A stretch of 62,911 nt of DNA, counting the filler, from Saprolegnia diclina VS20 (taxonomy: Eukaryota): NCBI RefSeq assembly GCF_000281045.1. It is 5 parts of 2 records of this genome, joined end to end, with 100 filler letters (N's around TTAATTAATTAA, not from the genome) between each part and the next. Parts side by side here need not be neighbours in the genome. Positions count along the whole stretch, not along the records: positions 1 to 13,802 come from NW_008246141.1; 4 more parts are not named here. One strand, 5' to 3'. The position numbers were made by a program, and so were the translations under genes. The notes beneath the pieces are model-generated. The model had not been told where the DNA came from and did no database searches. It worked only from the letters and a program-made list of their open reading frames with translations. Below are positions 1 through 10,975 of this stretch, piece by piece. Numbering within the stretch: position 1 is the first letter of the stretch; every line of letters begins with the position of its first letter.

Positions 1-57
1 TTAGTACTGGTCTATCGCCGACTTCGAAAACGAGTGCGCGACACGGCGACTGGGACC

Positions 58-960
58 ACGATGGCGTCGTTGCTGCTCGCTGGCGAGCTCTACTTGAAGC
101 TCGACCCGCACCTACAGCAAGCCTCGTCAAGAAACCCCTGGTGTCGGGATCCATGGTTAGGTTTGGTGTGGGACGCACAACGACGAGCCGATTCTGATTC
201 GACGCAATCTGCACAAGGACCACATCTCGGTCCAACACTTCATCACGGAGATTTCACTCGTCGCCACTTACCCTAACCACCCCAATGAAACGTTCCTGTA
301 GACTGGAGAGCCCGTACATTGTCACATTCATTGGCGTTAGCTGGGGGCAGCCAATCGATATCGAGTGCGTTGTCGAGTACATGAACCTTGGCGACCTCGG
401 AAGCTACCTCGCGACCCATTATGCGACGCAGTTTACGTGGAACGATGAGACTCTCTGCGACCAGAGCATCGGCTTTGGCCTACTAGTACCTCCACATGCT
501 CGACCCGCCGATCATCCACGGTGACGTCCAAGCTAAAAATGACCTTTGGACTCGGCCAAGGGCATGAAACTAAAGAACACTTGCATCGCGCACGCTTGAC
601 CCGTCGACTGTTGACAGTGCTGCCGTGGCATCGTGTACGGCAACCGAAGCTCTTACTGGCAGCGGGTACTCGGACGCGACAGATATCGACTCGTTTGGTG
701 CGTTATATTGTCTGTTGAGGACAGGTACATGCACGTACCGTGGCCAGGGTAACGCCATAGGTATTTTGCTCATCGAGCTCTGCACCCACGAGCCTCGTCC
801 AGGACGTAATGGACCCAGACCTTTAGCAGCAAAGTGTAGTTTAACGTCACGTAGTACCAAGTCGGACTCGCATACGCCTGCAGTCGTGCTGGAGTGGGCC
901 GCGCGCTGCCTGGCTGTGAATCGACCGACGTCACTCGAGCTCACAATGGTTGCACGGGCC
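58..960 (+). pseudogene. Degenerate TKL-family protein kinase (frameshifts and stops)
   Basis: Kinase pieces lie in different frames: LESPYIVTFIGVSW..IECVVEYMNLGDL (285-450), *YLHMLDPPIIHGD where HRD is expected (~484-525), GYSDATDIDSFG, ILLIELCTHE and AARCLAVNRPTSLEL. No intact DFG. Boundaries approximate. Confidence 0.75.
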
Positions 961-1008
961 TCGTCGACGCCACGACATCATCTAGTGCATAAAGTCACTT
1001 GGAGAAAT

Positions 1009-1052
1009 CCATCTATCCATTCATCTACCCATTCATCTATCCATTCATCTAC
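1009..1052. repeat. 12-bp tandem repeat CCATTCATCTA(C/T), about 3.5 copies
   Basis: Units at 1017, 1029 and 1041, plus a partial unit at 1009. Confidence 0.85.
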
Positions 1053-1261
1053 GAACAGAACGGAAATGTCAGCGCTTTCCGTCGAGACCTCGCTTCGTTT
1101 GTCCACGACATTTTACACAGCGTGGTGGTATATATTTTACACATGTGGGAAACACGTGCTCGACGTGCACCATAGAACCTCTATAAACGCATACGCACCC
1201 AAGTGGGCCATCGACTTTGACAGTAGCGCGGCAAGATCGGCGGCGGCGTGGCATTGCAGCG

Positions 1262-2339
1262 ATGGCATCCTTTGATGCATACGAGCTCCTCTCCGCGTGC
1301 TTGCATCTGAGTGCGTTCGCCGGCGCCGTCATCCGCGACGTCGTGCGCTCGGGCCAAGACCTCGACATGGTCAACAAGGCCGACGGGGCCATCGTGCATT
1401 TCGATCCGCAGACGGTACGCCCACCTAGCCTCGCGCCGACGCTTAGCCGCCTGTAGGTGGCCGACCGCCGGGCGCAGCAGCGCATCGTCGAGTCGCTGCG
1501 CGCGCATTTTGGCTCGACGCTGCAGATTGTGGGTGAAGAAGGCGTGCTGGAGCCGCCGATGCCCGAGGACGTCATGACCCCGGATACAACGCTCGTCGCT
1601 GGCTCATACGCGGCGCTGGCAGCGGCCGACCTCATTGTGTGGATCGATCCGCTCGATGGTACGCGCAAGTTTACAGAGCAGGCGTACGACCAAGTCTCGG
1701 TGCTCATTGGCCTCTCGCACAAGGGGCGGCCGCTCGTCGGCGTCATGCACCTTCCATTCGTGGGCAGCCTTGGCACGACTTACTACGGTACTCTTCACTG
1801 CGTATTCTTGCATCTTCACTGCGTATTCTTGCATCGAGGTCGACGATACGCGTGTGCTAGGCGGTCCGCTCGTCCACGACGTCTTGGTCTGCCCATTGCT
1901 CTCGCTCGATGCCACGCAGTGGCAGTTTGCGTCCGTGCCACGCCCGTCGATGCCGCCACACGTCCAGCGCTGGGGCATCTCCGAGACGCGCTGTGCGTAC
2001 ATTGACGCGCTTCTCGCGCCGGGCGAGGCGAGCGGCACGCATGGCCGGTGGGAGAAGGGCGCGACGGGCATCCTCATCTTGGACGTGGTCCTCGGGCGCT
2101 GCGTCGCGTACGCCCGCTGGATTCCGCGCACGAAGAAGTGGGACATCTGCGTCGGCGAAGCCTTCTTGACCGCGTGGGGCGGGCATGTCACCAACATCTT
2201 TGGCACGCCGTACGACTATGTCTTTGACGATGCCATGCACGGCAATGCCCACGGTGTTCTTGCGACCCTCGATGCGGCCTTCTTCAAAGAGACCACGTCG
2301 GCCGCCATTGCGCTGCGCAACATGAGCATGAGCACCTAA
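1262..2339 (+). CDS. Inositol monophosphatase-family protein, 3'(2'),5'-bisphosphate nucleotidase (BPNT1/IMPAD-like); 3 exons
   Basis: Motifs DPQT|VADRRAQ, IVGEE, WIDPLDGT and KKWDIC. GT-AG introns at 1415-1456 and 1788-1860 restore the frame. Confidence 0.9.
1792..1833. repeat. Perfect 21-bp tandem duplication inside intron 2 of the phosphatase gene
   Basis: TCTTCACTGCGTATTCTTGCA x2 (1792-1812, 1813-1833). It accounts for this intron being longer (73 nt) than most others here. Confidence 0.9.
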
Positions 2340-3139
2340 AGGCTGCGTAACTCACAGCCTGTATGCATGGTTTGTTTCCTACTCAAATGTATGCGCCGAC
2401 TGGATATGGCCTTTGGCGTCAAGGGATGCAGGTGGGGTGCTGGATACTGTGGTGCGGACGGGACGCTGGCGTGCCGGGTGTCGCTGTTGCGAGATCGCGC
2501 TAGCTCCCAGGCGTGTACGTAAGGTGGTGGAAGAGTAAGGACTCGACCAACTTGTTGGAGCAGACGGGTTCGTTGACTAGTAGCGCAGAGTTGACGCCAT
2601 GCGCGCACTTGCTTGGTGTAACGGAAAAGCCCTAACCCCGCCCTACCCCTACAAGATTGGCTTCGTCATTATCTAGCATGCGCTAGTACGAGTCGTCGTC
2701 GAGGTTCTAAAGCCGTGGTCGACGCAGCATGATGTGACCAAAGCGGTGCTTGGAGAGCTGTTGCCGTCACTGCAGATGCCAATACTTGCATCTCCTCGAA
2801 TGAGCTCATTGGGCTTCGGAACCTTGCGTCGAGCGCGTCACCAACACGTGGTGCCTCTCCACCGTTGATCGCAGGCATTCGAAGTGGGCATGGGTACTGG
2901 TAAAGACACCGTATCTCGTTGCCGACTCCATCGGACAAATAGTCGTCTTCCAGAGGTACGAGGCTGCATTACTCAACACAATTTTTGTCGCTCTGGTTGC
3001 CATACTGCATGCACACGGCCGCGCGCCGCCACCACAGACAAGGTGTCCGTCGTTCCACAAGACGACGTATCGATTCACTACACTACATTGATACATTGAT
3101 ATATGTGTACATTCTACTGTACAGGGACTGCGCACAAGG

Positions 3140-4912
3140 TTACGCATAGTTATTTTCTTCGTCGGTCGAGTGCTCGTCGAGGCCGTGGGCCAAGATGCGC
3201 GTCGCCATCATGTTGCCGTTGACGTTGACCATGACGCGGATGCGGCCAAGTAGAAAGTCCATTGCGACCACATAGACAAACGAGTGGGGGAGCGGCGCCG
3301 TTGGAAACACAGTCTTCCACACAGTCAAGAGCATGATCAAGCCGGCATTGGGAACCGGTGCAGTGCCCATGGAGCCGACGAGACTGATGCAAAAGAGGAT
3401 CACGAGCTTCGGCGTCGTGAGCTCGCTCAGCATGCCTTCCATGTACACCATGAAGACGACCATGAGCGGGTGGTACAGCCCGGCAGCGTTCATGTTGGTC
3501 GGTGTGCCGAGGCACATGATGAGCTGCGCCGTCGACCGCGTCACCTTGCGCGTCTGGTGAATGACCGTGACGGCCACCGGGAGCGTCGCCATCGACGACG
3601 AGCAGCCAAACGCAAAGACGTACGCCGGCACAAGCTGCTTCATGTACGCATACGGGTTGACGCGAATCAAGAGGTACATGACCAGTGGGAGCACGATGCC
3701 CACGTGCGTGACGACGACGCTAAAGAAGCAGAGGACGACGTAGCCGGCGTGGGACGCAAAGGAAGACGACGCCTTCGTGTACGTAGCCATTGCATTTGCC
3801 AAGAGGAAGAGCACAGCGATCGGTGTAAAGCGCAGTGTGCCCGTCACGAGCAGCAGTAGCGCGTTGCGCGCTTGACGGAAGACCGCGAGGAGCTCGTTCG
3901 GGCCCGGCATGCTGCTGTTGTGCGACCGTGCGACCGCGACACCGAGCGGGACCGCGAATGCAATCACACTGAGGAGCGTGCCTTGGCTCAGCGCTTGAAA
4001 GATGTTGTCGGGCACGGCTTGGTCGATGATGGCGATCGCTTGCTGCGTCAGCGACAAGCTCGTGGCGGCCAGCGGCTGGGCAATGTTGAGCGCGCCGTTG
4101 ACGTCCAAAACGGTAAACACTTCGTTGGCCGTGGCATTCGTCGCCGCCGCGCACGCGACCGACCCATTCTCGTACGTATGCAGGAAGAGCCCGTTCGCAC
4201 ATTGGAAGGCCACGACCGGCCCCGTGCTTGTGGCGCTGGCTTGGACAGCACTGCGCGCCGTGAGGAGACTCCGGTAGATGAGCGCTGCGCCGAGGCCTTG
4301 ACACGCTGAGAGAAACGAGGTAAGGAGGAAGATGCCGACCGTCCGCCACGTGAGCAGCGACGTGCGCTTGAGCTCGATGACTTCGGCGATCGAGACCGTC
4401 ATGGTGCAGAACACCAGTGGCACGATCAGACACTTGAGGGCGCGGACAAAGAGGTCACCAGGCAGCGCGATCCACGCGAGCGTGTCAGGCGACGGCTCGA
4501 GCTTCCCGAGACCGAGGCCGAGCCCGACGCCCATCACGGCTGCGATGAGGATCCAGAGCGACGACGAGAGACCGGCCGTCTTGCGTGCGTACGTCGGGTG
4601 CAGTGGCGACGACTTGTCTTCTTCTTCCATGATCGGGTCGCCGTGAAAGTCGAGCAGCGTCACTGGTGGCGTGGCCGGGAGCGACGCCTCGCTGTGGTTG
4701 GGTGTCGTCTTGAAGTTGGTGCGCAAGTTGTACATCTCGGGCGGTGGCGCCTTTCGACCGTTGCTGCTGTTGGACGAGACGACGCTGAGGAGTCCTTGGG
4801 AGCCCCGGCGGTCGCGCGTCGGCGTCGTATACTCGGTCTGCCGCTTGGGCGTCGGCGTCGCCAGCACATCGGCTTCGGGGGTATACAGGTAGATGCCCTT
4901 GCCACTGTCCAT
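3140..4912 (-). CDS. Dicarboxylate/amino acid:cation symporter (DAACS/SDF, SLC1-like), divergent, intronless
   Basis: LPGDLFVRALKCLIVPLVF, VPDNIF, HP1 FGCSSSMATLP, HP2 GSMGTAPVPNAG and a TM8-like segment. Start taken at MDSGKG (4912); the ORF is open upstream to 5221. Confidence 0.92.
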   Translation of the reverse strand: MDSGKGIYLYTPEADVLATPTPKRQTEYTTPTRDRRGSQGLLSVVSSNSSNGRKAPPPEMYNLRTNFKTTPNHSEASLPATPPVTLLDFHGDPIMEEEDKSSPLHPTYARKTAGLSSSLWILIAAVMGVGLGLGLGKLEPSPDTLAWIALPGDLFVRALKCLIVPLVFCTMTVSIAEVIELKRTSLLTWRTVGIFLLTSFLSACQGLGAALIYRSLLTARSAVQASATSTGPVVAFQCANGLFLHTYENGSVACAAATNATANEVFTVLDVNGALNIAQPLAATSLSLTQQAIAIIDQAVPDNIFQALSQGTLLSVIAFAVPLGVAVARSHNSSMPGPNELLAVFRQARNALLLLVTGTLRFTPIAVLFLLANAMATYTKASSSFASHAGYVVLCFFSVVVTHVGIVLPLVMYLLIRVNPYAYMKQLVPAYVFAFGCSSSMATLPVAVTVIHQTRKVTRSTAQLIMCLGTPTNMNAAGLYHPLMVVFMVYMEGMLSELTTPKLVILFCISLVGSMGTAPVPNAGLIMLLTVWKTVFPTAPLPHSFVYVVAMDFLLGRIRVMVNVNGNMMATRILAHGLDEHSTDEENNYA

Positions 4913-6077
4913 GCGATCGTCAATTGCAATATAGGTAGCTTGGGAGAGCACCAACGCGTGGCCACGAGACAGCAACACGCGCACCGCCTGTCTACAAAGG
5001 GCAATCTGGGACGTAGAGGCGGGGTGGTTGACCGTAGAAGTAGCTAGCGACGCATTCGAAGCACCTGCTGGCCATGGCAGCTGCGGCAACTTGTAGCAAG
5101 TGTCGACGTAAGGAGCACACTGCGATAGCCGTCGTGGGCTCTGCCGTCTTGGCCAGGATGGCCTCTCAACGTCGGTCTGTAGCTGGACCTGGAAGCAAAA
5201 CGGTACATGCGACCAACCCATCGGGAAGGGAAATGCTACTGCGCGTGGGATACCGTGCTGCGATTCGCAACGAAAAGGAGCAAACTATATGATTAAATCC
5301 GTCGAGTTCACAAATTTTGTGAACTCGAAAGTGGGATTCGAAGCCGCAAGATCAAATTTCGGCTCTGTGAGCTACCTCGTGTCTACCTGGTCGTATATAT
5401 GGCCACGTTTACATCGGCACCGCACCAAAGCACAGTCGGTGACGCACCCACGTGAGTCGACGCAGCTGGCAACGGCAAACAGTGATCCTTATCATAGAGA
5501 AGGCGCCTGCGATCACGCCATACCAAGTAGAGGCGGCCAAGCTGCGATCGCCACGTCCAACGCGTCATGGCCGTCCGTAGTAACCTTGGTTCCTTGCAGA
5601 ATGTGTGGTGTGAGACGTGGTGTGTACCGAGTGCGTTGATACATTGCGATCGCCCTCAACCTCGCTACCATCTGCTGACAAGTGGCTGCTAGTCACGCGT
5701 GACCACGGTAGCAGCTGTCGCCAGCACGTGATCGCACCATAGTCGGGACCACACATCACAGCGTCGTCAGCCCAACGTTGCTCAAGGTTGCTTCAAGCAG
5801 CGTGGGTGCAGCGCGAGTCACAGCCACCGCTTACGTCTACGTCTCATCACGCAACTTGTCGATGCGTGCGGCCGTCAAAGCGTAGAGTCCACCACAGCTG
5901 GTACAATGCGCTCGTGGGACGTGCTGGGCTTGTCGTCGCTCGAGGTATCGCGTTCAAGCTTTATCTTGTCATCCAGATTGGTGCCTACTCGGTTCCATCT
6001 TGAGCTAGCACTGCCGTACGAGAAAGTGTGGCATCTTGTCCTGCGTCCTCTCCCTGGCAAGCTCGCGAGGTCGGCGG

Positions 6078-7459
6078 CTACTTGCGGCTGGAGAACTTGC
6101 TAACCGCGTCCAAACACTCGGGCGACAGCCAGAGCTTCTGGAGCTCTTGGCACTCACGCCTACGACACTGTGTAGCCATCTCGACGGAATCCCATGGCCT
6201 ACTTGTTGACAGCTTGGAGCGTGGCAAGGTCGATCCCACGGATGAGCGCCTTGGACTGCTTCATCGAGTTTGGGTACGCCTTGGCCAGCGTCCTAATCAT
6301 GCATATTTTGTTTATTGTACAAACAACTGTGACGTACTGCACGTGGCCCGCGACTTGCGCTTCGAAATCGGCGCCGTAGACGTCCGTGACCAACCCCCGC
6401 TGCGCCGCCTACACGGAGATGAACCGACCAAGTACGCACGGTTTTCAGTACCGTCGACGCCGAGAGCTTTTGGCCAAGAAGCAGCATCGCGTTCGCATGC
6501 GTGCGGCCCATGAGCGCAGGAAACACCACCGACGAGCACGCTTCGGGCGCTTGGCCGAGCGCAGTGAACGGCGTCTGGAAGGTCGCCCGCTCGTGCGCAA
6601 ACACAAAGTCGCAGAGACCGAGCATCGTGACGGCAATGCCAATCGCGGGCGCGTGCACCGCAGCAACAATCGGCTTTTTGCACGTCAAGAACGCGTCGAC
6701 AAAGCGCTCGAGGATCTTGGCCGCGTCGGCCGCGAGCTTCTCGACGCCGCCGGGGTAGTTGACGTTGAACATGGCGAGGTCGTTGCCGCCTAGTTGACAT
6801 GGCACGTCAAGAAGGATGCGAATGTCGTAGTGTACTGGAGAACATGGGGCCTTTGGCCTTGAGCAAAATGACACGGACCGCCGGGTCGTCCTTGGTCAGC
6901 GCGGCGATGATCTCCTCGTACATGGCCATGTTGATCGCGTTGAATTTTTTCGGGCGGTTGAGCTCAAGGGTGAGGACGCCGTCGGCGCTGAGCGTCGAGA
7001 GCAGATCGGCTTCGGGCGTCGATGCAGCCGCGCCGCCGACGCCGGCCTCGGCGGCCAAGCCATCGATAAAGTCGCAGTACCTATATACTCAGACGATGAC
7101 GAGGATATCGGTGGCGTAGTCGTCATACTGCTGCATGGCGTCGGCCTGCGAGAGGCTGCTCAGGCTCGTCCACGCCTCCCACTTGGCCTTGCCCTACGTT
7201 GCATCCATCGCATGAGAGGCGCCGTCGACTGATAAAGGTGGCGTACGACAAAGTCGAGCATGCCCGGCTTGGGCGACGTGCAGCTACCCTCGGTCGCCTG
7301 CTTGAAGAGCGCGTACATCTTGAGCTTGGTCGCGTTGTCGTCGAGAGGCGGCAGCGTCTTCCCGAGCGCAATCTTGGCCTGGAAGAGCTGCTGCACCGAG
7401 CTAGAGGAGAAGGCGCGCGCGAGCGGCGAGCGCAGCGAGGCGAAGCGGGCGGCGAGCAT
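6078..7459 (-). CDS. ECI2: Acyl-CoA-binding domain + enoyl-CoA delta isomerase (crotonase fold), with N-terminal mitochondrial-type presequence; 7 exons
   Basis: ACBP motifs KLKMYALFKQAT..PGMLDFV|GKAKWEAW. Crotonase motifs LNRPKKFNAI, FSS|GNDL, PAIGIAVTMLGLCD and TPFTALGQAPEACSS. Six short GT-AG introns (e.g. 7246-7194, 7128-7081, 6835-6790). Ends LDAVSKFSSRK*. Confidence 0.9.
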
Positions 7460-8490
7460 CCCAGCGGCGTGGAAGATGAGATTTGACCGCAGACGACGGC
7501 CATGCGCCCACCGTTTACGTATGCAGCCAACTTCAAGTCCGCCAATCGGTATTTATAACCGACAGGCATTCAGCCAATCAGATGCCAGAGTTGGGTATCT
7601 TGGCCACCGACTCATGACGTCACGGCGCCGTGGACAAGCAAATCTTCTCACACTTTGCACAGGAGCACTGCCGCCTCAACGAGCTCAAGCTGCTCCAAGT
7701 CGGACCAGGAAATGTACTGTGTCGTAGCTGGCTTTCGCGAGCAGGCGAGCGTCGGCGGCTTGGCCAGGCAGTACTAGTAGAATACAACCCCTCGCCGTGG
7801 TGCCCTCAACACACGTGACGTCACAGCATCGCTCTGTTCGACTGAGCGTCTTGCCTATCTACCCCAAGAGCGCGTCGGTTCGTCCAGCATTCTTCAGAGC
7901 TCGGGCTCGCCCTTGACAAGGCGTGGCATCGACGCGATTGGATGCGGTATACGTATACGCACCGGGTCTGAGAGGTGTACTATGGGACGTGCTCATTCGC
8001 CGAGTCTAGATACGACGGGAGCAGCACAACGTGAATCTTTGAGAATGCTTGCGACGCTCGCAATACATAGATCCGCCAGCCAAAGTTGGTCGGACCTACA
8101 TTGACTTGTTCACGCCACTGCTCGACCTGTCTTGGGAAAGAGGACGTCAGCGCCGCCACAACCCTACCCTCCTACCCACATAGCGCGTATACGAGCCCGT
8201 TCCGTTCAGGTTATTGCAGCTCCGAGAGATCTTTGCAGTCGTGACAAAGGGTGACTCAGGGCCCTAAATGGCGAGTAAACCAACATGAAGTGCGACATCT
8301 TCGACCCGCTCCTGCGATGCTCCGATGCGCGGACGACCAAGCCACGACACCGACTCCATGTTAAAAGATCAAGATAGGTACAGGGACTTTGGTTACGTTC
8401 GTTTGCACTAGAGTACAAGAATGCGATCTTCGCGTCCGACTTAGCTACAGTGTAGTCACGAGATGGAGCCGTCAGGACGATCGCGTAGAG

Positions 8491-9066
8491 TCAGTACCAT
8501 TGGTAGTCGTGGGGTGGCGTCGACGACGTGCGCGTGGCCAAGGCGTCGGCCGTCGCTTGCGCATCGTCGAGCGCCGAGCGAAGCATGGCGACCGTGCTCT
8601 CGAGGTTCGCGTTGCGGGCGAGAAGGTGCGTCACGACGGTGTCGCGGACCGCTGCTTCTTGCTGGTCGCGATGCTTGGAGCGAGAGCCTGGGCGATGATG
8701 CCGCGCGAGGCGGCGGATGGTCTCGTCCCGGCGGGCCAAACGCGCTTTCAACGCAGCGACTTGCTCGCGCGTCGCGTGCAAGGTCATGCGGTACGCGTTC
8801 ATCTCTTCGATACTTGGCGGCGCGGGCTGTTGTCGAGCAGAGGTTTCCGCAGCGCACGAGAGGCTTCGTCCACGAGCACGGTGCGAATCGTCGCCATGGA
8901 GATGCACCGGCGCCGGGAAGCCTACCACGACCGCGGACGGCGTCGTGTGTCCAACGTCAGCGCATGTCTCCTTGGCGCCCGTCGCACGAGGCGCACGACT
9001 GTCGATCGGTGTGGTCAACGCAGGCGCAGGAAGCACGGTGTTGCGGATGTAGAGCCGAGCGGCCAT
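8491..9066 (-). CDS. Hypothetical protein with C-terminal coiled-coil
   Basis: 191-codon GC-rich ORF from MAARLY, with heptad-like stretches (EQVAALKARLARRDETIRRL; LLARNANLESTVAMLRSALDDA). No family recognised. Confidence 0.5.
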   Translation of the reverse strand: MAARLYIRNTVLPAPALTTPIDSRAPRATGAKETCADVGHTTPSAVVVGFPAPVHLHGDDSHRARGRSLSCAAETSARQQPAPPSIEEMNAYRMTLHATREQVAALKARLARRDETIRRLARHHRPGSRSKHRDQQEAAVRDTVVTHLLARNANLESTVAMLRSALDDAQATADALATRTSSTPPHDYQWY

Positions 9067-10975
9067 GAACGCTAGGTCCGTAGCACAGTCGGTCGTCAAG
9101 CTGGAGTGGGCCATTGCAGGCGAATCGCGGAATGAGCCCGCAAATACGATGGCAGAACCCTTTCCATACCTCCCTGTCGCTCCGGAAAGGGCAGGCATGG
9201 AACCAAGCGGCTACGCGTCGCCGGCCTGCGCGTCCGAGACAATAGATACATATAGAGAGGGGCGAGGCCAAGCGCGTGCAGTGAGTGACGCCGGGTAGCT
9301 CCATGGCGGCGGCGCCGATGGCGGCCGAGGACGCGGCTTGAATCTTGGCTGTGCGGATAACGCAAGCGACAAGCGGATTGGCTGTATAATGCGAGCGTTT
9401 CAGCCAATAAGCAGTCGTTTGAGAAGAGCCTCTCATATTCGATACTCTGCAGCACGCATTGCTACAGGTGTTTGCGGCGACGTACGATTGCTACAGTACT
9501 ACCAGTACTACATTATTTTGCAAGCTACGACCGATAGCTTCGGTAACTAGCTTCGGTGTTGACGAGCCCTTTCATCTGTGCTTGTGGTCTCTCATTGCAG
9601 TGTGTGGTTGCGGCAGACGGCTAAAAACCATTGCCGGCTTCCTGCACAGACCCTATGCACGATTGGGTGTATTTAGTCATATTTCGAGAATGTAGTGTTG
9701 TAGATAACGACCTTACTTGCCCACTGTATGTAAACGGCTGTGTGCTTTTAGCCAATGATGGCGTACCTTGGCCCACTGGCTGAGATGAGCACCGTGGCTG
9801 TGGTTGATTGCTGCAGCATGAGCATGACTGAGGAGCGATGAAGCAATGGCGGTCTCGCTGCCATTTCAATTCGGACCCGACGCAATTGTCTAATTACACA
9901 CTACTCAAGGCAATACAGTTAACAAGTGTGTACAGCATACTATCACTGTAAATTCTCGTAAGACGACTATTTGCACCCAAACTGCAAGCGTGTCATCGAT
10001 CTGGACAATGCACTGCAGCAGGCCACGCCAACAAGCAACGCTTGCACCAGTGTGTAAATGCCAATCCTAGTACCAGCGGCCACGTCATAGACGCAACCAG
10101 TGGCCACGTTGGGAGGCTCGTAACCGCGCTGCGTTGTACGGACCAAGTACGTTAGTAGAACAAATTATCTCTTTGGTGAAAGCTAGTCTTCGAGCTGCGC
10201 TGCTCTTGCATCTTGATTGAGAATTGCTGGACACTGTCGGTGGTGGCGCCACGTCACCGGGCAAAGGCGCAGGCAGCGACCATGTTGCAGAGATCCTATC
10301 AGCGCCGCATCACCGACCACGTACGTTAGTATGGGTACAAGTACAATGGCTTCTAATGTCACTGCTGCAATGTCGGTTGAAGTGTTCATACCTGAGCTGC
10401 ATCCCACCGAACGATCACACCCTGCGGTGCAGACTGTGCAGACGGCTCTGTCATTGGCGCATAATCATTTGCATTTCAGCGAATCACCATGCAGGATTGA
10501 AACCTTTCATATTGTATATCGATTGCCACAGGTTTTCGCTTTTGGCAGCGAAATGGCCGGACAATATCCAGGGCACTACAACCGGGGAAGTGAAGTCGCC
10601 TCGTCCATGTACAGACTCCTTGTATTTGGATCCTACGTGCTTGGGTGTGTTGCTAGCGCGCATGCTGCCCGCGCCATTGACACCGCTTCGCTTCGCGCGC
10701 GATCTTTTATTCTGCGTGCGAATAGCCATCTTTGAAACTTGACGGTCGAGGTATGATCGTACATCTTGCAATCTGTATCAAACCACGGTGCGTGCGTTTA
10801 GCCATTCACGCCCGTTCTAAATTAAAATTGGCGCGAGACCACAATGGCCAATCGCATCGCGGTCGCTCGCCATTAAATGTTTTTCCATGACAGTAAGCTT
10901 GGTGTTTGTATGCCGAATAAAATATCGTAAAAAAGTACTCCTATTTTGTACGTTGAGCAAAGTTCCAACGGCCCG

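Noticed and set aside
6078..6089. Peroxisomal PTS1 or stop read-through on ECI2
   Set aside because: It ends SRK-TAG, which is not a canonical PTS1, and there is no TGA-CTA read-through context.
9200..10900. Several 70-170 aa ORFs between the hypothetical gene and SMC6
   Set aside because: No motifs, lower GC and mutually overlapping; treated as intergenic or decayed.
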